A DNA stretch of 64,000 nucleotides from Promethearchaeota archaeon (GTDB lineage: Archaea; Asgardarchaeota; Lokiarchaeia; Sigyniarchaeales; SOKP01): NCBI GenBank assembly GCA_016840165.1, contig JAEOSU010000080.1, positions 96,001 through 160,000 of the forward strand, given 5' to 3'. The notes below the pieces were generated by a model. It saw only the letters and a program-made list of their open reading frames with translations, was not told the origin of the DNA and did no database searches. Within the stretch, counting starts at the first letter, position 1; the number at the start of each line of letters is the position of its first letter. The position numbers and the translations under genes were made by a program. Shown here piece after piece: positions 20,193 to 31,131 of the stretch.

Positions 20193-22106
20193 TTGGAAAT
20201 TAAAGGATATCATTCCATTAAAATAACTGGAATTATAATGATAGAGCTATTTGGGGATAAAATTTTTGGTTTTTCTGGTAAGATAGTTAATATCGACTTA
20301 AGTTTACAAAAAATTTCAGAGGACCCAATCAATAATGCATTTATAAATCTTTTTTTCGGTGGAGCGGGTTATGCCTGTCGATATTTATTTGATCATATAG
20401 AAAAGGATACGGATCCCTTATCCAAAGAAAATATTTTATTCATAATGAATGGTCTTTTTACTTTAACTGATGCACCCCTATCGAGTAGATTCGTCATATG
20501 CTCTAAATCACCCTACACAAACTTATGGGGTGAAGCGAACTGTGGGGGAACTTTTGGTCCAGAATTAAAGAAGGCAGGATTTGATGGGATTATTATACGT
20601 GGTCGAGCAAAGCATCCAATTATGATTAGTATTAAAGAGAATAAAGTTAAGATACTCGATGCTAAAGAAATATGGGGCCTTGGAATTAAAAAAACGAGAA
20701 CTCATATTAAATCACAATCAGAATTTAAAAAGGCAAAAGTTCTCTGTATTGGACAAGCAGGAGAGAATTTAGTAAATTTTGCTACTATTAACGCAGAAGG
20801 AAGATCTGCGGGAAGAACAGGTATGGGTGCGGTGATGGGTTCAAAAAATTTAAAAGCGATCACGGTTCAAGGAAGTTCATTCAAACCCAAAGTCGCTCTG
20901 TTAAAATCTTTTAAATGTTCAATTAAGAAACTAATAACTTATTTAGTTAAAGCAAATGCAACCAAAGTCTTAAGAGAATTTGGGACATCCGCGACTGTTT
21001 TAGGGGCATATGCTACTGGAGATCTGCCTATTAAATACTGGTCAAAAGGAAGATGGAGTAAAATTAATGATATCTCAGGTGAGAAACTAAAAAATATACT
21101 CCTCGTAAGAAATAAATCCTGTTATGGTTGTTTGATTGGTTGTGGCAGAATAATTAATATTGATAACGAGAAATATCATGCTCAGGAATGCGAAGGACCT
21201 GAATATGAAACTATTGCTGGTTTTGGCTCAATGATATTAAACAATAATTTAGAGTCAATAGCTATAGCAAATGATATGTGCAATGATTATGGATTAGACA
21301 CTATTAGTACCAGTGGAGTTATTGCTCTTACTTTTGACTTGTTTAATAAAAATATGATACAAAGTGCTGATGTCGACAATCTTAATTTAGAATGGGGAAA
21401 TGCCGATTCTATGTTAAAATTGATTGAAAAAATTGCTAAAAAAGACGGAATTGGAGAGATATTGGCACGGGGTTCAAATGCAATGGGGAAAAAGTTTAAA
21501 ATTCCTAAAGATTCTATAGCTACAATCAATAATATGGAAGTACCATATCATGACTTAAGATTTTGTCATGGTATGGCTCTAACTTATGCTTATAGCCCAA
21601 GAGGACCCTGTCACACCACTGCTGATGGGTTCAAGGTTTTTCGAAAAGAAAATGAAGTAGATTTCTCTAGCCTTGGAATTAAAAAGATTAAAATGAACTC
21701 AAATAGTAAAACAATGGTCAAAAACATAATTAAGCTACAAAATTACCGTTCGATCTATTCAAGTTTAATTTTTTGTTTTTTTTCTAATCCTCCACCGTCA
21801 TATATCTGTGAACTTATACATGGTTTAACGGGTGTAGAATTTGATGTAAATGATCTATTAATTTTTGGTGAGAGGATTTTTAATTTGAAGAGATTATTTA
21901 ATATTAAAATGGGACTGAGTCCTCAATATGAATCCATTCCAAAGATCCTTTTGGAACCTTTAGATGAAGGACCAATTAAATCAATGAGTCCAAAGTTCGA
22001 GAAGTTAAAAAAATATTATTATAGATACAGAAAGTGGGATCTTAATAATGGAAAACCCAGTCAAAAATTACTTTATGCATTAAAATTAAATGATCTAACA
22101 TTCTAA
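20193..22106 (+). CDS. aor: Tungsten aldehyde:ferredoxin oxidoreductase family protein
   Basis: KSPYT, AGRTGMGAVMGSKNLKAI, CYGCLIGC, GPEYET, GLDTIS, RGPCH. True start may be the ATG near 20238. Confidence 0.9.
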   Translation: MEIKGYHSIKITGIIMIELFGDKIFGFSGKIVNIDLSLQKISEDPINNAFINLFFGGAGYACRYLFDHIEKDTDPLSKENILFIMNGLFTLTDAPLSSRFVICSKSPYTNLWGEANCGGTFGPELKKAGFDGIIIRGRAKHPIMISIKENKVKILDAKEIWGLGIKKTRTHIKSQSEFKKAKVLCIGQAGENLVNFATINAEGRSAGRTGMGAVMGSKNLKAITVQGSSFKPKVALLKSFKCSIKKLITYLVKANATKVLREFGTSATVLGAYATGDLPIKYWSKGRWSKINDISGEKLKNILLVRNKSCYGCLIGCGRIINIDNEKYHAQECEGPEYETIAGFGSMILNNNLESIAIANDMCNDYGLDTISTSGVIALTFDLFNKNMIQSADVDNLNLEWGNADSMLKLIEKIAKKDGIGEILARGSNAMGKKFKIPKDSIATINNMEVPYHDLRFCHGMALTYAYSPRGPCHTTADGFKVFRKENEVDFSSLGIKKIKMNSNSKTMVKNIIKLQNYRSIYSSLIFCFFSNPPPSYICELIHGLTGVEFDVNDLLIFGERIFNLKRLFNIKMGLSPQYESIPKILLEPLDEGPIKSMSPKFEKLKKYYYRYRKWDLNNGKPSQKLLYALKLNDLTF

Positions 22107-22171
22107 TAAAATATATAATTCTAAAAACCATTTGTCTATATTAAAATTATATATGAAAAAAGTTTAATTAT

Positions 22172-22885
22172 GTGATTATAATGATGGAAAGAGAAGAAGA
22201 GCATATCGTAGGAGGCGGTAAAATTAGAAGTGCAATATTAGGGCTTAATGATGGTTTAATTTCCACCTTTACATTATTAGTTGGAATTGCTGCTGCATCG
22301 TTTGCGGGAGGAGGAGGAACGAATATTATAATCTTAACGGGTATAGCTGCTATGGTATCAGGAGCAATAAGTATGGGGCTTGGAGAGTACGTGTCATCAA
22401 AATCAGAATATAATTATATTAAAAATGAAATTAGGAAAGAAAAAGCAGAAATAGAGTTATTTCCGGATGAAGAGAAACAGGAAGTGAAAAATTATTTTGA
22501 AAAGATGGGACTTAAAGGTAATACCTTAGATTCATGTGTTGATTCAATCACAGGTAATAAAGAGACATGGCTCAATTTTTTATTAAAAAGTGAATTAGGA
22601 TTAGAGGAGCCAGAATCACCAATATTAGGAGCTCTTCTGACATTTATATCATTCATTCTTGGTTCATTAATCCCTCAGATTCCTTACTTTCTAAATTTAG
22701 GATTCATATCTTTGATACTATCGATGATAATCTCATTTGGTTCACTTTTCCTTGTCGGTGCTTTAAAAACCAAAATCACTGGTGAAAAAAAAATAAAGGG
22801 GGCTTCTGAAATGTTAATTATTGGAATTATTGCATTTAGCATTTCATATTTAATTGGTTTGGGACTTGAACAATTGATAATTTAA
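22172..22885 (+). CDS. VIT1/CCC1 family Fe/Mn transporter
   Basis: ILGLNDGL, GAISMGLGEYVSSKSE, 5 TMs. Confidence 0.9.
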   Translation: MIIMMEREEEHIVGGGKIRSAILGLNDGLISTFTLLVGIAAASFAGGGGTNIIILTGIAAMVSGAISMGLGEYVSSKSEYNYIKNEIRKEKAEIELFPDEEKQEVKNYFEKMGLKGNTLDSCVDSITGNKETWLNFLLKSELGLEEPESPILGALLTFISFILGSLIPQIPYFLNLGFISLILSMIISFGSLFLVGALKTKITGEKKIKGASEMLIIGIIAFSISYLIGLGLEQLII

Positions 22886-22903
22886 GAAAAAAATTAAAAT
22901 CTA

Positions 22904-23485
22904 TTAAAGGAAAATTTCTTCAAAAAATTGTTGATCATGGTCACAATTAGGACATTTTAAAGGTGCTTGATTTAATTCTACATTTCCACATATTTTGCAT
23001 AAAAAAATCTCAATTTCATCGATAGTTTGACCACTATCGAGGAGTTCTAAGTACTTCATAAACAATTCGCCATGTACTTTCTCAGCTTTTCTCGCTAAAT
23101 CAAAACTGAATTCAGCTAGGTAAAAATCTTTCTTTTTAGCATTTTTTATGAAACTCTTGTACATTTTTTTAAATTCATAGGTCTCTCCTGCAATAGCATC
23201 TTTTAAATTATCTCTGGTGGAGCTAACTTTAATAGATAATTCAGACTCATCAGAACCAACTATATGATTAATATTAAATTTTTTATTAGTGATTTTTTCT
23301 AAGGCTCGTAAGTGATTCTTTACATGAATCTCCTCTGCTAGAGAAACAGTCTTAAATAATTTGGCGATCATTAAGTGGTTTTCTTTCAACGCTTTCTCTG
23401 AAAATAAAGCATATTTTCTTTTTGCTGTATACTCTCCTCTAATACCTTCCTTTAAATTTTCGATTATTATATTAATCTTTATCAA
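22904..23485 (-). CDS. rbr: Rubrerythrin
   Basis: AEEIH, GETYE, AEKVH diiron motifs; CKICG...CPNC rubredoxin domain. Confidence 0.9.
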   Translation of the reverse strand: MIKINIIIENLKEGIRGEYTAKRKYALFSEKALKENHLMIAKLFKTVSLAEEIHVKNHLRALEKITNKKFNINHIVGSDESELSIKVSSTRDNLKDAIAGETYEFKKMYKSFIKNAKKKDFYLAEFSFDLARKAEKVHGELFMKYLELLDSGQTIDEIEIFLCKICGNVELNQAPLKCPNCDHDQQFFEEIFL

Positions 23486-23569
23486 TCTCTTATTTTATTA
23501 TAAAGAGATTAATGAATTATATTATAACAATTTTACTTTATATGAATTTTTAAAGTAATTAAAAGTAGG

Positions 23570-25696
23570 TTAGTCCTCCTTATTTGTAAATCGTAGAAAA
23601 TTATTTCTTGGCTCATAAAGAGTACCTTCCTTTACAAGTTCGTCAATGGCGTCTTTTATCCATTTCTCATCTAATTCTTCCTCTAATTCGAGAATCTCAA
23701 TAACATTTTTCCTCTCTAATGCTTGCCAATGATTCTCTTCAAATACTTCTTTTAATCTATTTAATAGTTTGTCTAGTTTATTGATTGAGCTCCTTGATTG
23801 TCCCACTAAAATCCGATCCATGTCAATTTTTCCAGTCGTTTCATCGTAACCTGTATCTTCTAAATAGCGTTTAAATAATTTAATTATCTCTTCTACATCT
23901 TCTTTTACAACTTTATTTCTTAAGGCCATTTTTGCATAGGCTTCACTTAATCTTACAAGAGCATCTAAATTTCTTGCTAAAATCGATACTATGGCATCTT
24001 CACTGTCATATTTCCCTCGCAAATCTAAATAGTATTCTTTAATTCTTTCTTTTGCCTCATCTGTTAAGAGTGGCTCATAATTTCTTCGAGCGTGCTTTAT
24101 ATACTTTTTAAGCAAATCTCCATTAATAGGTGCCGTAATATCTGTTAGATCATCATTTAGAGAGCCATTCCTGATTATTGAGTTCTTTAAAATAAATTCT
24201 GCCATTAGGGCATCATCTGCAGGATCAGGTCTATCAATTACCACAAATATCAGATCAAACCTGGACAATAAAGAGGGTGGTAAATGAATATTCTGAGTTG
24301 GAGTTTTATATCTATCATATCTTCCTGAACGAGGATTTGCTGCTGCTAAAATTGCAGTTTGAGCCTTTAATGTAGCCACAATTCCTGCTTTGGCTATGCT
24401 TACAGTTTGTTGCTCCATTGCTTCATGTAGAGCAGATCTATCTTGTGGATCCATTTTATCAAATTCATCAATTGCAGCAATTCCACCATTTGCTAATACA
24501 ACTGCTCCTGCTTCAAGATTCATTTGCCCTGTATCTGTATCTTTAATTACAGCTGCTGTTAAACCTACTGCAGTTGATCCTTTTCCAGAAGTATATATTC
24601 CTCTTGGGGATATATCTATAGCAGATTTCAAAATTTCACTTTTTCCGGTTCCAGGATCTCCTACAAATAGAACATGAATATCTCCTCGTTTATAGCCGCC
24701 ATCAGGCTTTTTTTTTCTTGTCCCTGCAAATAAACTTAAAGCGCATGCCATTTTTAGATCTTCTCTTCCATATATTGTTGGAGCAATTGAACGCGCTATT
24801 TTTCTTTGTATTCGTGGTTCTTTGGCTAGTTTCTCTATTTCTTTTTTATCTTCTTTTGATAAATCCATTATTTCATCGGTTTTATCTTCGGGATCTATTA
24901 GATTCACCTCGATAAAGGTCTTAAAAAGTGTGCTATTGATACTTTTTGTAGATTGAGCTAAAGTTGATTTATATATACCTACTACATTAACCCTATCTCC
25001 AGGTTTGACTGTATCAACTAAATCATGTTTTAAGATAGATTGAATAGCTCTTGGAATTCTACCAGGTGGTAAATCTTCTGGGATTTCTTGAATGGTTACG
25101 CTTTGCCAATCAATAAAAGTAGAGTTTTTCGATATGAGTCTAAAATCTGATTGAGCTTTTGCTTTACAACTTTTTTTTATACAAAATTTTGGCCATTTAA
25201 TTCGCGAGGTAAGTTGAGTAACGTTGAATTGAGTTTTACAAACCATACATTCGAATGTTGCTTCAATTAATTTAGGCCGAATAGTAGAGCTTCTAATCAA
25301 AATTCCATTAAAAGAAACTAAAGTATCAATATGCTTTGCCCTTAAACCTCTTAATGGAATAGTTAATGGACTCTTTTCATCAATAGTAGATAATCTAACA
25401 AAAAAATCCTTATTGCTCGTTTTTGATCCTTGGGATTTCAATAATTTTTTAAACGCTTTAATAGCCTCCTCTATTGACGATTCAGGGTCTTTTCTAAGCA
25501 TTTCAGCTAATTGTGAATCAAAAGCAAGAAGATCTTCATAATATATTATTAAACTATTACCATTTTTCGAGATAATTTCATTTATTTGTTCTTGATATTT
25601 ATAAACGCCAGGTTCATCCTCAAATAGACGGAAAAAGTCTTCATATCGCTGAGTTGTATAAATGGGTACACTAGGAGTTGATGCGGGAGATGCCAA
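23570..25696 (-). CDS. mcm: MCM replicative helicase
   Basis: GDPGTGKS, AVGLTAAV, IDEFDKM, EAMEQQTVSIAKAG, SRFD; CMVC/C..C zinc finger; GGTGA upstream of TTG start. Confidence 0.97.
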   Translation of the reverse strand: MASPASTPSVPIYTTQRYEDFFRLFEDEPGVYKYQEQINEIISKNGNSLIIYYEDLLAFDSQLAEMLRKDPESSIEEAIKAFKKLLKSQGSKTSNKDFFVRLSTIDEKSPLTIPLRGLRAKHIDTLVSFNGILIRSSTIRPKLIEATFECMVCKTQFNVTQLTSRIKWPKFCIKKSCKAKAQSDFRLISKNSTFIDWQSVTIQEIPEDLPPGRIPRAIQSILKHDLVDTVKPGDRVNVVGIYKSTLAQSTKSINSTLFKTFIEVNLIDPEDKTDEIMDLSKEDKKEIEKLAKEPRIQRKIARSIAPTIYGREDLKMACALSLFAGTRKKKPDGGYKRGDIHVLFVGDPGTGKSEILKSAIDISPRGIYTSGKGSTAVGLTAAVIKDTDTGQMNLEAGAVVLANGGIAAIDEFDKMDPQDRSALHEAMEQQTVSIAKAGIVATLKAQTAILAAANPRSGRYDRYKTPTQNIHLPPSLLSRFDLIFVVIDRPDPADDALMAEFILKNSIIRNGSLNDDLTDITAPINGDLLKKYIKHARRNYEPLLTDEAKERIKEYYLDLRGKYDSEDAIVSILARNLDALVRLSEAYAKMALRNKVVKEDVEEIIKLFKRYLEDTGYDETTGKIDMDRILVGQSRSSINKLDKLLNRLKEVFEENHWQALERKNVIEILELEEELDEKWIKDAIDELVKEGTLYEPRNNFLRFTNKED

Positions 25697-25874
25697 ATAT
25701 TTTCACCTTTAATCTAAATTTACATACCAAAGTTATTTTTTATAGCTTTTTAATTCGTCATATTAACGATTTAAGCTTATTAAGGAGAAAATAATATTTA
25801 ATGGAAAAAAGCATAAAGACCGGATAAATTTAGTAATATTTATTGATAATATTTAATGAAAATGAGCAAGATAT

Positions 25875-28800
25875 TCAACTTTCTTTTAACTTAACTAAAG
25901 TTTCACAGATTATCGGATCTTGTGACATTTCACATCTTACTTTTAATAAAGAAATTACTCTATCCTTAATATTTTGCTCTTCATATTTTACCGTTCTTCC
26001 AAGTATTAAAGCAATTGACTGCTGAGTTTCTATTGCTGTCTCGTCAGTTAGTTGTTGTAACAATTTTGAAAGGATTTTAGTAATACCCTTATTTTTAATA
26101 ATATCGACCATAGCATTTACGGCTGATCTTCTCACTTCTTTAGATTCATCTGCAAGAAGCTTAATAAAATAATCAATCGTTTTACCAATATCTTCTTCTC
26201 CATATATTTTTAATAAATTAGCCGATCCCTCTCTTACTATCGGATCTTTATCATTCACATTATTCAATACTTTTTCAAAGGGAATCTGTGAAGGTTGTAA
26301 GTCCTTTATTGAAGATAGAAGGTTCATTGAAGAGCGCCGAACCCAATTATTTTTATCTTCGAGTAAAATAACCAATTCATTGATGATTTGTTCTTTATTT
26401 TTAATTAATTTAACTAGACTTCCAATGCTTGATATGCTAGCTTCTCTAACATTCCACTCTTCATCATTTAAAGCGTTATTTATTAAAAATTCGCATACTT
26501 GATTGGGAGATTTCACACCGATAAATCCTAGTATTTTCACTACCGTTTCCCTAATAAATGAATCATTATCAGAAAATAATTCCAAAAGGGGATCTAGTGG
26601 AATGATATCCGGGTTCTTCTCTGTGAGGATCATTATTATTTTTATAAGAGGAACCTTGAGATGCGACTCTTGCTTTTTTAAAATATCCAAAAGTTGATTA
26701 ATTATTGCAGTAAACGACAGGGGAGAATTTTTTGCTACTTTTGAGAGTAATTGTATTATATTTTTTTTTACTTCATTAACATGTTCACGTTGAAATATAT
26801 TCAGAAGTAAACCCACATCGATTTTCTGAATATGATCATCAATTATACCATCAAGAGAATTTATAGCATTTAATCTAGTGAAATCATTTTCAGAATCTAA
26901 TGATTTGATCAACCTTTCATAAATTTCATAGGGATGATGCCTAGCAATCTTAATGATGGTATTGGATATGATACCTTTTGAGAAAAATTTTGAATCATCT
27001 TCAATCGTGATTAAATTATTAAAAACCAATTCTGGAGATTTATCATAATTTTCAACTAAAATATTAGAAACTGTTTTTTTTATTTCCTCATTTTCAAATT
27101 TGATGAATTTTAGAAGTGTGGATAAGATTTTTTCACTATCCATCTCCCATAAATCACCAATCAATTGTAAAATACTCATAGTAATGGAGGGATTGTTTTT
27201 ATCTAATTTGTTTATGATGCTATCAAGATTAATCAATTTTGGACTCTCATTATAAAATTTGATGAGCACTAAAATTGCTGCGTCTCTTACTAATTTATCT
27301 GCATCACTTAATGCATCAAGAAATGGTGAAATTTGGATTGAATATTTCTTAAAATTTCCTATCTTAGAAAACAGAGTATAAATTGAAGCTCTGACTGAGC
27401 TAGATGGGTCTTTCATATAAGGAATTAAAGTTTGGACTAAATCTTTATCAATATATTCTGTTTTCAGTCCTGCTAAATTACTTATTGCTTTTGCTCTGAT
27501 TTCTTTATTTGGATGATTTATCTTCTTTATTAAAATTTTAACTGGGATCTCATATGGAGCTTTAGGTATACTATTTAGTATCTCAAGCTGGACCTTTTCA
27601 TCTGGATCCTCTAATAATTTAATAAATTCATTGGATTTTATTAATTCATCCTTGATTAATTTAAGTTTTATCAAAAGTTTAATCCCAATTAATTTAATCC
27701 TCCATTCAGAATCTCTAATCAAATTTAGAATTTTATTTTTTGAGATAGTTCTTAAAATATCATTATTCAAATTAAGTATAATTTTAGCTATTGACAGAGC
27801 TTTGGTATAATTTGAAGATTCTAGTTCTTCAAGTAGCCAAGGGAATATTAAATTAGGTGCATCTTGAGATAACCTATTTAAAATATTGAAACAAATCTTT
27901 CTCATAACATCGTTTTGGTCAGATAGACCATCAATAAGTAAGTCTTTAAATTTCCAATTATTAAGATCTATTTCAGAACGAAGCGTAATTCTTTCAAACA
28001 TCAAATTAATTGTCTTTTTAGCATGATTGTGTATCTTAGGATTTTTATTTTTGAGAAAATTAAAAAGGGGGATGGGATCAAAATTATGACCACACTGAGT
28101 TATCTTTGAAATTTTAAGATTGATTATGAATTCATTTCTTTGAGATAAAAAGTAATATGTTGTAAATAGTATCATTGTAATCTCCTCGATAATTGCCGCC
28201 CAAGAGAGTAGAAGATAATTAGGTATAATTTGATTCGTGATAGCCCAAAAGTTAAAAACTTCAGATAATTTATCTGAATTGACAATTAAGAAATTAATTA
28301 GGACATTAATCCCAATAGCAGCGATTAAATAAGCGGAAAAATATATATCTATAGCTTTATATTTAATTTTTCTCCCCCAAAATCTTGTGAAATATCCAAC
28401 GACTCCAAAGAATAAGGTGACAAATACAAATACTGAAGTCATAGTAGAAAAAGCCAGAGAGCCGGTAAAATATAATCCAATAGTTTGAAAAAAAGAAATC
28501 CAAGCCCATACAAATACAAACAACATGACTCCAAAAGTTATATAGGGAATCGGCTCAGACAGAAACTGTTTAATTCCTCTTTTACTATTTTCAAAATTAA
28601 GGAAAGAATAACGCTTTATTTCCGGAATATGATAATATGCATTAGAAAGGCCGGCGATATACCCTTTCGAACCAAAAAAAGTTAAAATCGTTATAGGATA
28701 TATTAACAGCCAAGAGATCCATATTATCGCAAAAGGAATATTTACTATAGCTATAAAAAAAGGTGGTATTATAAAAAATAAATAAAGAATAATTGCCATT

Positions 28801-29222
28801 GAAATTGACACTATTTTATTATTTGAGATATTAATAAAGTGTTTACTCAAGAACTTATGAAAAACTGTCAATCCTTCACTTGATTTTCCACTAATAGCAA
28901 TAAATAGGAAATCTATTAAGGGGTATATTGAAATATAAAGCACACATACTAAAAAAGGGAGGAGAAAAGCTAAAGGATGGATTTCTGGTGGTGAGATAGA
29001 GGGATTTGTCCAAAATTCAGGAGTTTTTACTGTGAAAATAAAAGCCATCACCACAACAACCATGACAGAGAAACTAAAAATTATTCCATAAAAAATTGTT
29101 AATATCCTATCTTTTAAACTAAATTCTCCTTTCTTAACCAAGCTAACTTGTTTATTAATTATAAAAAACCCGAAAATGCAGAATATTATAAACAAAACAA
29201 GAAAAATCGATTCAACAATCAA
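25875..29222 (-). CDS. Multi-pass membrane protein fused to a long HEAT-repeat solenoid
   Basis: About 9 TMs in the first 360 aa, then many L.D....VR..A HEAT motifs (DSEWRIK, DPSSSVRAS, DEEWNVREAS, DKNNWVRRSS). Confidence 0.8.
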   Translation of the reverse strand: MIVESIFLVLFIIFCIFGFFIINKQVSLVKKGEFSLKDRILTIFYGIIFSFSVMVVVVMAFIFTVKTPEFWTNPSISPPEIHPLAFLLPFLVCVLYISIYPLIDFLFIAISGKSSEGLTVFHKFLSKHFINISNNKIVSISMAIILYLFFIIPPFFIAIVNIPFAIIWISWLLIYPITILTFFGSKGYIAGLSNAYYHIPEIKRYSFLNFENSKRGIKQFLSEPIPYITFGVMLFVFVWAWISFFQTIGLYFTGSLAFSTMTSVFVFVTLFFGVVGYFTRFWGRKIKYKAIDIYFSAYLIAAIGINVLINFLIVNSDKLSEVFNFWAITNQIIPNYLLLSWAAIIEEITMILFTTYYFLSQRNEFIINLKISKITQCGHNFDPIPLFNFLKNKNPKIHNHAKKTINLMFERITLRSEIDLNNWKFKDLLIDGLSDQNDVMRKICFNILNRLSQDAPNLIFPWLLEELESSNYTKALSIAKIILNLNNDILRTISKNKILNLIRDSEWRIKLIGIKLLIKLKLIKDELIKSNEFIKLLEDPDEKVQLEILNSIPKAPYEIPVKILIKKINHPNKEIRAKAISNLAGLKTEYIDKDLVQTLIPYMKDPSSSVRASIYTLFSKIGNFKKYSIQISPFLDALSDADKLVRDAAILVLIKFYNESPKLINLDSIINKLDKNNPSITMSILQLIGDLWEMDSEKILSTLLKFIKFENEEIKKTVSNILVENYDKSPELVFNNLITIEDDSKFFSKGIISNTIIKIARHHPYEIYERLIKSLDSENDFTRLNAINSLDGIIDDHIQKIDVGLLLNIFQREHVNEVKKNIIQLLSKVAKNSPLSFTAIINQLLDILKKQESHLKVPLIKIIMILTEKNPDIIPLDPLLELFSDNDSFIRETVVKILGFIGVKSPNQVCEFLINNALNDEEWNVREASISSIGSLVKLIKNKEQIINELVILLEDKNNWVRRSSMNLLSSIKDLQPSQIPFEKVLNNVNDKDPIVREGSANLLKIYGEEDIGKTIDYFIKLLADESKEVRRSAVNAMVDIIKNKGITKILSKLLQQLTDETAIETQQSIALILGRTVKYEEQNIKDRVISLLKVRCEMSQDPIICETLVKLKES

Positions 29223-29325
29223 TTAATTCACAATAAATTTTGTTATGTTAAGTAAATAATAAATTATTATTTCCGTTTTATTGTATAGTTTTAGTATATA
29301 AAGGTAAGTTTATTTATTAAATATA

Positions 29326-29895
29326 GTGAGTGAGACTTTGGAAAGAGTAGAGGAAAATTTCGAGAATTATTTATTAAGGCTGAATTTTATATATAAAAAT
29401 CAAACTATTACCACTAAGTGTATTAAAGATCATCCAGGAGTACCCTTATTAGGAGAAACTTACGGTCCTTATCAAAAGGATAAGGAATATAATATAAAGT
29501 TTTTTATAGCAGTACCATTCATAAAAAACGGTTATTTAAAAGTGAAAGAGACGGAGAAATGTGATAATGTTGATGTAATGAATTATGCAGTTGAGGAAGG
29601 AGATAATGAAAGCTTGATTCGCAGAGAAAATAAACATTTTCTAAATAAAATTAAAGAATTCAGATATTTTATGGAAAGAGAGGTTGAGAAAAAGTCGAGA
29701 CCAGAAGTTGAATTAAAGCGCTATAAATCATATCATGCAAGTATTGTTGATAGTAGATTAAGCAAGTTATTAAGATTAGCAAAGGTTGATTTATCGTTGA
29801 ATGATGAACAGAAATTGACAAATTCAGAGATAAGATTATTCAATCAATTTTCAAAGAAAATTAAAATTTGGAGAGAGTTTTTTTTAAATCGATAA
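29326..29895 (+). CDS. GINS complex subunit (Gins23-like, B domain then A domain)
   Basis: N-terminal beta domain (KCIKDHP...YGPYQK...IKFFIAVPFIKNGY) then helical domain with RLSKLLRLA...KLTNSE; close to mcm. Confidence 0.6.
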   Translation: MSETLERVEENFENYLLRLNFIYKNQTITTKCIKDHPGVPLLGETYGPYQKDKEYNIKFFIAVPFIKNGYLKVKETEKCDNVDVMNYAVEEGDNESLIRRENKHFLNKIKEFRYFMEREVEKKSRPEVELKRYKSYHASIVDSRLSKLLRLAKVDLSLNDEQKLTNSEIRLFNQFSKKIKIWREFFLNR

Positions 29896-29910
29896 ATTCA
29901 GTAAGAAAGT

Positions 29911-30597
29911 TTATTTGTTAGTTTTTAATTTTATTTCTCTTATTCCATACTTTTTATAATAGGTTTCAATTTGGTGGGCAATTTTTGGATCTAAGTCCAT
30001 ATGGAATAAGATATTGGGAACATTACTCATTGAATAATATTTAATGCCCATCTCTTTTAATGTATCCTCAAAATAATTTCCATCATCTGAAATCTCTTCA
30101 CGATTAGTTAAAGCAATTACTGAAAGGATATTAATATTAAGATTTTTTAGTAAATTGACGCTTTTTATTAATGATTGACCGGTGGTACTCACATCCTCTA
30201 ATATAATTATATCACCTTTAGGATAACCAAGAAAAAACTTGTCTTTTGAATCACCATGATTCTTTGGTTTCCCTCTTCCCATTGACATAGGAAATGCCCC
30301 AATTTTGTAATCCTTATGGGATCTTGCCCATTTAAACTGAGTAATTATACCTAGTTTTGATGCACCTTCTGGAACCCCATAAAAGCAATTTGGTTCTAAT
30401 TTCAAATATTTAGTAAAAGATATTAAATAATCAGTTAATTTATCAAGTAAAAAAACATCCTCTGCAATAGTTCTCCAATTTACATAAAAACATGAAGATC
30501 TACCAGATTTTAGTTCAATTGGTTCCTCAGGAAATCCAATTACTTTGTTATTTATGATAAACTCAATGAACTGTTCCTTAACGGTTTCCCATATCAT
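29911..30597 (-). CDS. pyrE: Orotate phosphoribosyltransferase
   Basis: LKSGRSSCFYVN, KPKNHG, IILEDVSTTGQS PRPP motif. Confidence 0.85.
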   Translation of the reverse strand: MIWETVKEQFIEFIINNKVIGFPEEPIELKSGRSSCFYVNWRTIAEDVFLLDKLTDYLISFTKYLKLEPNCFYGVPEGASKLGIITQFKWARSHKDYKIGAFPMSMGRGKPKNHGDSKDKFFLGYPKGDIIILEDVSTTGQSLIKSVNLLKNLNINILSVIALTNREEISDDGNYFEDTLKEMGIKYYSMSNVPNILFHMDLDPKIAHQIETYYKKYGIREIKLKTNK

Positions 30598-30606
30598 TTA
30601 AAAAGG

Positions 30607-31131
30607 TTAACCTCGCAATAATAAGTATTCTTTTCTGATTTTAGCATATTCTTCCCCTGAGATTTTTCCAGCTAAAAAATCTTTTTCTTTTTGTTGCATC
30701 AATTTCCTTTTTGTATCTAGTTTCTTTTTCTTCTCTTCGCTACTAAATCTCTCTGAAATCTTTGTTAGTAAATTTTGTACTTTTTCATTTTTTAAAGTTG
30801 CAAGTTTTTTTAAGTATGGTTTGATTGGTTCCATTTGGTCGATATTCTTCTTCGAAAGTTCTTCTAATCTTATTAGGGCATCAAGAATTTCATCCTCTTT
30901 ATCACTTTCTAATACATCTATCAAACGAGGTATAGCAACATCGTTCAAAACTTCATTGAGATAATTTTCTACTTCCTTTTTAAGTATATTATCATTATAA
31001 GATTTTAGTTGATTATTCTTGACATATTCAATAAAGATTAAAGGTAATTCGACTGGCCACTCTTCCATTTTTTCTTTATCAATTAATTGTACAATTCCAC
31101 CATCTTTTTTTTGAAACACTCTTATATCCAA
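30607..31131 (-). CDS. Hypothetical helical protein (HEAT-like segment, SHOCT-like C-terminus)
   Basis: Overlaps the top6A stop; AIPRLIDVLES...; GKISGEEYAKIRKEYL. Confidence 0.6.
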   Translation of the reverse strand: MDIRVFQKKDGGIVQLIDKEKMEEWPVELPLIFIEYVKNNQLKSYNDNILKKEVENYLNEVLNDVAIPRLIDVLESDKEDEILDALIRLEELSKKNIDQMEPIKPYLKKLATLKNEKVQNLLTKISERFSSEEKKKKLDTKRKLMQQKEKDFLAGKISGEEYAKIRKEYLLLRG

